Shown piece by piece: positions 57,236 to 64,000 of a stretch of 64,000 nt of DNA (the stretch's first letter is position 1; each line of letters begins with the position of its first letter). The stretch is taken from positions 64,060 to 128,059 of IMG/VR virus record IMGVR_UViG_3300021185_002167, one strand, 5' to 3'. A program made the translations under genes and the position numbers. This DNA is from a virus. Below the pieces are notes generated by a model. The model worked only from the letters and a program-made list of their open reading frames with translations. It had not been told where the DNA came from and made no database searches.

Positions 57236-60070
57236 ATGGCATTAACAAAAATCACATCAGACGTTATAGGAACTGGAGCAATTGAATCAACTCATATTGC
57301 ATCAGGAGCTATCTCATCTTCTCATTTAACAGGTATTACTACAGATAATGTATCTGAAGGTAGTTCTAATACCTATTTTACAAATGCAAGAGCAAGAGCC
57401 TCAGTATCTGTTACTGGTGGTAACTTAACTTATGATAATTCAACAGGTGTATTACAATTAACTAATGCTGCTATTGAAGGTGCTATTTCTACACTCGGTG
57501 ATATATCAACTGGTAATATTACAACAACAGGATATCTAAGAGGTCCTGCAACATTTACAATTGACCCAGCAGCTCATGGCAATAATACTGGAACACTTGT
57601 GATTGCCGGTAATCTTCAAGTTGATGGTACAACAACCACAATTAATTCTACTACAATGACAGTAGATGATTTAAATCTTACATTAGCATCAGGAGCAGCT
57701 AATGCAGCTGCAGCAAACGGAGCAGGACTTACAGTTGATGGTGCAAGTGCTACTATTATTTACGATGGTACAAACGATGAGTGGGACTTTAACAAAGGTA
57801 TACATCTTACAACTCCAGCTCTTACAACTGCAAGAATTACTGCAGAAGAGAGCTCTGGCGCAACAACTCAATTAAGCTCAGGCGGTACTACCGGATATGT
57901 AGGAACAATATCAAATCATGACTTATTAATACGAACTAATTCTTTCGAAAGAATTCGTATAGAAAATAGTGGTGCTATTTTACTAAACGATAATTTATTG
58001 TCTTGGTACAGTCAATCAAATACTACGTATAACAATGCTAATTTAAGAGCAGAAGATTTTTACTTTAAAAATGCTGGTAATACTACAAGGATGTTTATTG
58101 ATGGAAGTACAGGTAGAATTGGAATAGGTTCCAATAACACATCTCCTGATCAACTATTAGATATAAGTGGATCAGGAGAAGGTCTAAATTTACAAGGTGG
58201 TAATAATCGTATATATTTTTCAAATCATAGAGCTCTAGAAGGTGCAGCTAACGGGTCGTTACTTCAAGTTGGAGAAGGTTTTACAGATATTTCTTTAGAA
58301 AGTGATGTTGGTATCGCAACAAGTTCTCCAGATTTTCCTTTAGATGTAAACGGAAATATTCAAAGTAGAGGAATATTAAATTTTGATAACGAAGCAAAAA
58401 GTCATCTTTATTGTAATTTTGTAAATGGTGTTGCAAATGCTAATGTTGATATCTATATAGGAAATGTTTCTATATGGGGATATATTGAAGTAGAAATTAC
58501 TGGTACTTATTCTAATCAAAATACTGCGGGAAAACTAACAAAAGTATATGCAGTTGGTACTAACCCAAACAATGCTATTTATTTAAATAAAGGTCAAGTA
58601 ACTTCAACTTTAGGAACAATAAAAGATAATATTGCTTTAGGAGACTTTTATTGGGATTCCACTAATTCAAGATATGCTATAAGAGTGTCTCATATAGTTT
58701 CGACTGGAAATGACTATACTATTAAAGTTAGATTCTTTACCCATCAAGGAAGTAGTATATATGGTGCAAGAGCGGCAATGGCTAATTTAGGTGTAACTAG
58801 CGTCTATACTGCTACTGCTCTCGGTAGAAATTACATTAATATGACTGAAGGTCCACTTGATAGAGTAGGAATTGGAGAAACCGATCCTGATAGGCCTTTA
58901 CATGTAAACAGTGGTGGCTCAAATGTAGTAGCTAAGTTTGAAAGTACAGATTCTGTTGCAGCTATTGAATTTACTGATCCAGCCGGATCTGCTGAAATAG
59001 GAAATGAAGGAAATGACATAAGACTTATGCCAGCTGGTTCAACAAGAGCATATGTCACAACTAGTGGAAATATGCATCTTCAATCTGAATCACAATGTAG
59101 ATTAGTATTAGGAAGCACTGGAGGAGTCAGTATAAATAATGCCACAAACTGGATTCGTGGTAGTGGTGGTTCTTTACAGTTTAATGCTGCTTCTTCAGGA
59201 TATACTTGGGAATCTGGCGGTTCTACAAGATTAGCTATGTCTTCTACAGGAGTTATAACACAAACAACTGCAGGAACTTCTGATAGTTATGATATGATAC
59301 TTAGGTCTACAGATAGTGGAGACCCAGGTTTAGCAATTGTGAGAGATAGCGCTGTTGGTTTTGGTATTGCAGTAAGAGCTTCGAGTGATGATTATGCAGA
59401 TCTGCAGGTAAATAGTGGTGGTCAACCAGGCTATACTGAAGCAGGTGTGTTAAGATTGTATCATAATAACAATGTTGCAATGCCAGGAAACCACTCTTAT
59501 AACGTAGATGATGGTTTGTTTTTACTTTCAGATACTGGAAGAATATTTCAAACGTTTGCATACAACTCAGCTGGGGCTGAAGTATTTTTACAAAACAATA
59601 GAAACGTTAATGGACAAGTAGCTGCTTTCCAATATAGGATTAATAATAGTTCGCAGAGTGGTGGTACAATATATGCAGGAACTAATGGATATACTGGAGG
59701 AAATTTCTCGGATTATAGATTAAAAAATAATGTTGCCAATTTAACTGGTTCATTAGATAAAATAAATGCATTAAGAGTTGTAAGTTATAATCATGTTGAT
59801 ACTCCAGATTTAACAGAGCTTGGTGTGATTGCTCATGAAATTCAAGAAGTATTTCCTGAATTTGTTAGAGGAGAAAAAGATGCCGTTTGGACTCAAGAAG
59901 ATATTGATAATTATGAAGGACAATTACCTGATGTAGAAGCTGGAGATATAAAAGCTCAACAAGTTGACTACTTTAGTAAAGAATGGACATCACACTTTAT
60001 AAAAGCAATACAAGAATTAAAAGCAGAAAATGAAGTACTTAAAGCAAGAATAGAAGCATTAGAAGGATAA
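57236..60070 (+). CDS. Tail fibre protein with C-terminal peptidase S74-like chaperone
   Basis: MALTKI start, TD...EG..N.YFT.AR, VGIG repeats, SDYRLK.N, G.IAHE.QEVFPE.V.G.KD and KAIQEL coil; TATAAATA at 57222-57229. Confidence 0.85.
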   Translation: MALTKITSDVIGTGAIESTHIASGAISSSHLTGITTDNVSEGSSNTYFTNARARASVSVTGGNLTYDNSTGVLQLTNAAIEGAISTLGDISTGNITTTGYLRGPATFTIDPAAHGNNTGTLVIAGNLQVDGTTTTINSTTMTVDDLNLTLASGAANAAAANGAGLTVDGASATIIYDGTNDEWDFNKGIHLTTPALTTARITAEESSGATTQLSSGGTTGYVGTISNHDLLIRTNSFERIRIENSGAILLNDNLLSWYSQSNTTYNNANLRAEDFYFKNAGNTTRMFIDGSTGRIGIGSNNTSPDQLLDISGSGEGLNLQGGNNRIYFSNHRALEGAANGSLLQVGEGFTDISLESDVGIATSSPDFPLDVNGNIQSRGILNFDNEAKSHLYCNFVNGVANANVDIYIGNVSIWGYIEVEITGTYSNQNTAGKLTKVYAVGTNPNNAIYLNKGQVTSTLGTIKDNIALGDFYWDSTNSRYAIRVSHIVSTGNDYTIKVRFFTHQGSSIYGARAAMANLGVTSVYTATALGRNYINMTEGPLDRVGIGETDPDRPLHVNSGGSNVVAKFESTDSVAAIEFTDPAGSAEIGNEGNDIRLMPAGSTRAYVTTSGNMHLQSESQCRLVLGSTGGVSINNATNWIRGSGGSLQFNAASSGYTWESGGSTRLAMSSTGVITQTTAGTSDSYDMILRSTDSGDPGLAIVRDSAVGFGIAVRASSDDYADLQVNSGGQPGYTEAGVLRLYHNNNVAMPGNHSYNVDDGLFLLSDTGRIFQTFAYNSAGAEVFLQNNRNVNGQVAAFQYRINNSSQSGGTIYAGTNGYTGGNFSDYRLKNNVANLTGSLDKINALRVVSYNHVDTPDLTELGVIAHEIQEVFPEFVRGEKDAVWTQEDIDNYEGQLPDVEAGDIKAQQVDYFSKEWTSHFIKAIQELKAENEVLKARIEALEG

Positions 60071-60075
60071 TATAA

Positions 60076-62175
60076 ATGGCAACAAAAGTAAAACTAATAG
60101 CAGATGGAGTAATAACACCAGATCAAATTACTCTGACAACAGCAAGTTCAGGAACGAATACAACTGCTCCTGCAACGACTGCTTTTGTTCAACAGGAAAT
60201 AACAGCATTAGTTGATAGTTCGCCTGCAGCTTTAAATACACTCAATGAATTAGCGGCCGCACTTGGTGATGACGAAAATTTTAGCACAACCGTTACCGAT
60301 AGTATTGCATTGAAAGCTCCATTGGCGAGTCCAGCATTTACAGGTGCTGCTACCTTTGATACATCTATAGATGTTTCAGGTGTTATAACAAGTAAAGCTG
60401 ATGGAGCAGTTAATGATGCGCAAACAGGTAGATTAAACTTTACTAATACAAATTCAAATGCTTCATCAAATCCTATAAGAGCTTCTATACTTTCAGGTAG
60501 ACAAAACTCTGCTTGGGGTGGTTATTTATCTTTATACACTTCAACAGGAACAGATGCTGCTACAGAGAAGGTCAGAATTGGAGAAACAGGCAGAGTTGGA
60601 ATTGGATCGACTTCGCCACAAGCAAATTTAGTTATCTCAAATAGTGGTGCAGGGGGTTTTGAATTTACACCTGATACTACTGTTTTTAGTATTGCAAATA
60701 CAAACTATATAGCTTCATATGATAGAGCTGCATCCGCTTATAGAGATATACTACTTGATGTAGGTGGTGCAGAATCTCAATCTATTAGATTTAAAGCTGG
60801 TGGCAATGTTGGAATTGGAACGAGTAGTCCTGTCGCTAAATTAGATGTTCGTATGTCTGACTCTAATGGTGACTATGGTCGTGGACGTGATGGTAATTTA
60901 AATTTAGAAAATACAAATACATCAGTTACTGAAGGCGGATGGTTGTCAATATCTGGTTATATGGGAAATTCAGCTTCTAGCGGACAATATCAGATGGGTT
61001 ATATAAGCGGTGGGAAGCAGACAACTGCAGCTGATGGAGACTATGGCGGCTACTTAAGTTTATGGACTACATCAAGTGGAGCAAATGGCGAAGCTAACAG
61101 TGGTGGCTATGAACGCATGAGAATAGATTCATCAGGAAATGTTGGAATTGGAGAAACCTCTCCTGATGGAGAACTTCATGTTAAAGGAACAGGTGGTGGA
61201 AATGGTGATATCTATGTTGAAAGAACATCAGGTGCAAAAATACACTTACAAGCACAATCAGCAAATGGAAAAATAGGCACAATCTCAAATCATAATCTAG
61301 GATTAAATACTAATGGTACGACTCGTGTAACCATAGATACTAATGGACGAGTTGGAATTGGAACTAGTCAGCCACAAACATCTACTAAAGGATTACATGT
61401 AGTACATGATGGAACTGAAGGAACACCATCTTTCCCTAGTGGAGAAGTTATTATTGCACAAAGAAACTTTAACTCATCGCAAGGTTGTCATATAGGAATT
61501 ATTGGAGGTAGCGCATCAGATAGTGCTATTAATTTTGGAGATAAAGATAACTCTGATGCTGGTATTATTAGGTATCATCATAATGGAGATTTCTTAGGAT
61601 TTACTACTAATACAACAGAACATTGGAAAATGTTTGCTAATGGTAGCTTTCAACCTACACAACAACATACAAAAGATATAGGTGGAGTAAATGCAGAAGT
61701 TAGAAATATTTATGCACAAGGATTATATGTAGGAGGCTCAGCCGCAGCAAACAAACTTGACGATTATGAAGAAGGTACTTGGACTCCTGATTTAAGGAAC
61801 AATACTATTTCGTTATCTACACAAACGTGGCAATATGGTCCAACAGCTGTATACACAAAAATAGGGGACTTAGTTTTTATACATCTTTCAGGAAAGTTAA
61901 GTGCTGTAGGAGGAACTGCTAGTGGTGAATTGAGAATATTTGGTTTGCCTTTTTCGGGTAAACCTACAGGAGGATATCAAGAATTCAGAATGAATTTCTT
62001 TTTAGGAAATCAGCCTAATACAGCAGACTCATACCAAGGGTTTGCTTTCGTAAGAAATAATGGCACAGATTTTGGTACAAGATTACTGCAAGGTGGTGAT
62101 AATATATTTACATCAAATAGACTAGATAACGACACCTTCTTTACAATATTTGGGTGTTACAAAACAAATTCATAA
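60076..62175 (+). CDS. Tail fibre protein
   Basis: ATTAFVQ, LVDSSP..LNTLNELAAALGDD.NF, KAPLASP.FTG, VGIG repeats and LDDYEEGTWTP...YTKIG..V. Confidence 0.85.
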   Translation: MATKVKLIADGVITPDQITLTTASSGTNTTAPATTAFVQQEITALVDSSPAALNTLNELAAALGDDENFSTTVTDSIALKAPLASPAFTGAATFDTSIDVSGVITSKADGAVNDAQTGRLNFTNTNSNASSNPIRASILSGRQNSAWGGYLSLYTSTGTDAATEKVRIGETGRVGIGSTSPQANLVISNSGAGGFEFTPDTTVFSIANTNYIASYDRAASAYRDILLDVGGAESQSIRFKAGGNVGIGTSSPVAKLDVRMSDSNGDYGRGRDGNLNLENTNTSVTEGGWLSISGYMGNSASSGQYQMGYISGGKQTTAADGDYGGYLSLWTTSSGANGEANSGGYERMRIDSSGNVGIGETSPDGELHVKGTGGGNGDIYVERTSGAKIHLQAQSANGKIGTISNHNLGLNTNGTTRVTIDTNGRVGIGTSQPQTSTKGLHVVHDGTEGTPSFPSGEVIIAQRNFNSSQGCHIGIIGGSASDSAINFGDKDNSDAGIIRYHHNGDFLGFTTNTTEHWKMFANGSFQPTQQHTKDIGGVNAEVRNIYAQGLYVGGSAAANKLDDYEEGTWTPDLRNNTISLSTQTWQYGPTAVYTKIGDLVFIHLSGKLSAVGGTASGELRIFGLPFSGKPTGGYQEFRMNFFLGNQPNTADSYQGFAFVRNNGTDFGTRLLQGGDNIFTSNRLDNDTFFTIFGCYKTNS

Positions 62176-62225
62176 TAACTAATATACCTAGTGGATTCTA
62201 GGTACGGACAAAGGAAAAAAATAGA

Positions 62226-62510
62226 ATGGCATTAATAAAAGAAATAATAGAAGATAAAATAGAAGTTGTAGGAGACTACAAAAATATACAAATAAGAACA
62301 GCTACAATCATCAAAGAAGATGGCGTAGAGCTTTCAAGGTCTTTTCATAGACACGCATTAGAATGTGTAAGCTCTGTAAAGAACGATGATGATACTTGGA
62401 CTCATACAGATACAGATATATCAGGTGAGTCTACAGAGGTTCAAGGTATTGCAAGTGCAGTATGGACTGATGCAATAAAAGAAGCTAAAAGAACAGCAAA
62501 CGAAAACTAA
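62226..62510 (+). CDS. Conserved fibre-associated small protein
   Basis: DKIEVVG....IQIR.A..I.EDG.ELSRSFHRH and D.S.E..EVQ.IA..VWT. Confidence 0.75.
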   Translation: MALIKEIIEDKIEVVGDYKNIQIRTATIIKEDGVELSRSFHRHALECVSSVKNDDDTWTHTDTDISGESTEVQGIASAVWTDAIKEAKRTANEN

Positions 62511-62521
62511 GGAATCTAATC

Positions 62522-64000
62522 ATGGCCAACACTAAAATACCAGCAGAGCTTTCAAGTACTCCCGGAATTATCGATAATTCTACATCTACAGCTATTACTA
62601 TTGATAGTAATGAAAACTTGTTGGTGGGTTCAAAAGTTAGTATTGGAACGACTAGTCTTAGTAAAGTTTTAAATGTAGTTGGAGATTATGAAAACACAGG
62701 TTTTTACAGAGATTACTCTGGCGCAGGAATTGGTGCTAACTATGTGTATATAGGTAGAAAAGATACTAACGGAGCTTTAGTTGAAGGAGTACGTATTTCA
62801 GGTGGTGGTGATGATGCTGTTGCTGCTAGCCATACTGGTTACTTTGAACTAGCAATCAACAAGTCAGGAACTTTTATTCCCTTACTGTATTCTTCTAATG
62901 GCACTGAACTTGTTGTAAATGAAAGTTCTGTAGACCTAGACTTTAGAGTTGAATCAAATAACAACAGTCATATGCTGTTTGTTGATGGTGGTAATGACAG
63001 TGTTGGAATTGGAAATTCAAATCCTGGTGGTATGTCTTCAAACGCTAATAAATTAGTTGTTGGTACAGGTTCAGGTGATCAAGGTATGTCAGTTTTTGCA
63101 GGAACATCTACTGGTAGATATGCTTTTGCTAGAGCAGTTGGTGATAATACTGATGCTTATGATGGTGGAATGAGCTACGATGGAAGTAGAAACTTAAAAT
63201 TCCATACTAATGCTGGTAGTACTAGAATGACCATTGATGGTTCAGGCAATGTTGGAATTGGAACGACTTCTCCAGCAGCTCCATTAGATGTAAAATTTGT
63301 AGATAACACAAATGCTCAAAGATGGTCTTATGGCTCTTCAGAAGATAATTTTTATTTAGAACTTGATACAGCTATTCCTGGTGGTGGAGTTGTTACTTAT
63401 AATTTTAATACTAAAAACAATGGCACTTCGTATAATAATAATCTTGTTTTAGATAGAGGCAATGTTGGTATCGGGATTAGTAATCCTTCTGACTACAATG
63501 CATCAGCAAGAAATTTAGTTGTAGGCGGTTCAGGCGATACTGGTATAAGCATAGTTTCAGGATCAGTTTCTAACGGTCAATTAAAATTTGCAGATGGTAC
63601 TGGCGGAACAGCAGGTTATAGAGGTGCTGTAGACTACAATCATGCAGATGATTCAATGGCGTTTAATGTAGGAGCAACAAGAAGGTTCAAAATATCGTCT
63701 ACCTCTGCTGGTGTGACACAGGCTGATGGCGATTATTTAGCACGGGTGTATGAGTCAGGAGCTGATGGTTACTTAGCATTATATACAGGAGAAGCCTCTC
63801 CAATCGAACAAACAAGAGTAAGTTCTTACGGTCAAAGTTTTATTAATAAAAGCGCCGTAGGTCAGACATCTGGTAATAAAACTATATTAAGTGTAGGAAG
63901 TGATGAACAATCAGCTGCTGGTACATTTCATGTTAGTGATGGAGATAACGCTAACGGTGGAATAAGACAATCAACTCATAGTAGTAGAGTCTATACAAAT
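62522..64000 (+). CDS. Tail fibre protein, 3' truncated by the window edge
   Basis: MANTKIPAELSSTPGIIDNS..TAITIDS.EN; AAGGA RBS; DFRVES and GNVGIGT units; absent from the ORF track, consistent with no stop before the window end. Confidence 0.8.
   Translation, partial: MANTKIPAELSSTPGIIDNSTSTAITIDSNENLLVGSKVSIGTTSLSKVLNVVGDYENTGFYRDYSGAGIGANYVYIGRKDTNGALVEGVRISGGGDDAVAASHTGYFELAINKSGTFIPLLYSSNGTELVVNESSVDLDFRVESNNNSHMLFVDGGNDSVGIGNSNPGGMSSNANKLVVGTGSGDQGMSVFAGTSTGRYAFARAVGDNTDAYDGGMSYDGSRNLKFHTNAGSTRMTIDGSGNVGIGTTSPAAPLDVKFVDNTNAQRWSYGSSEDNFYLELDTAIPGGGVVTYNFNTKNNGTSYNNNLVLDRGNVGIGISNPSDYNASARNLVVGGSGDTGISIVSGSVSNGQLKFADGTGGTAGYRGAVDYNHADDSMAFNVGATRRFKISSTSAGVTQADGDYLARVYESGADGYLALYTGEASPIEQTRVSSYGQSFINKSAVGQTSGNKTILSVGSDEQSAAGTFHVSDGDNANGGIRQSTHSSRVYTN

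Larger units (their letters stand above)
55208..63266 (+). repeat. Dispersed GTTGGAATTGG repeat (VGIG codons) in tail fibre genes
   Basis: Exact copies at 55670, 55982, 56261, 60595, 60808, 61141, 61351, 63002 and 63251; near copies at 55208, 56486 and 58865. Confidence 0.8.

Noticed and set aside
62185-62204. Hairpin TACCTAG-TGGATT-CTAGGTA between fibre genes as a terminator
   Set aside because: No U-tract follows; it may be a processing or stability hairpin but cannot be supported further
54635-64000. Diversity-generating retroelement acting on fibre genes
   Set aside because: No reverse transcriptase and no ~100-bp TR/VR pair with adenine-specific differences seen; repeats are at most 22 nt
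1-64000. tRNA or rRNA genes, integrase, or alternative genetic code
   Set aside because: Intergenic gaps are short and no cloverleaf was noticed by eye (tRNAscan not run); core genes translate full-length in the standard code with TAA, TAG and TGA all used as stops

Overview
AT-rich segment of a large T4-like myophage genome, probably marine and infecting a proteobacterium (host is inferred). From left to right: a nucleotide-metabolism and early region (nrdB 3' end, a c-type cytochrome, glutaredoxin, GIY-YIG nuclease, RNase H, PhoH, exonuclease, HAD phosphatases, lysozyme); a ~7 kb late-promoter cassette encoding CsgF, CsgG, two curlin-like proteins, a FecR-domain protein and a CHASE2 adenylate cyclase; small early ORFs behind repeated sigma70-type promoters; gp33-dsbA-gp59-gp32; a minus-strand tail block (gp4, gp2, gp54-like, gp26, gp51, tape measure); baseplate genes (gp48, 53, 27-like, 5, 25, 6, 7, 8); and ~19 kb of tail-fibre-like genes running off the right end. 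The main leads are (1) a possible phage-encoded trans-envelope curli/FecR/cAMP signalling system, (2) a likely -1 ribosomal frameshift fusing gp26 to gp51, positioned like lambda G/GT, (3) a hairpin RNA with an anti-Shine-Dalgarno loop alongside many leaderless genes, and (4) a nucleotide-conserved 11-mer at tail-fibre module junctions. All product calls come from motif recognition and synteny by eye; no database searches were run.
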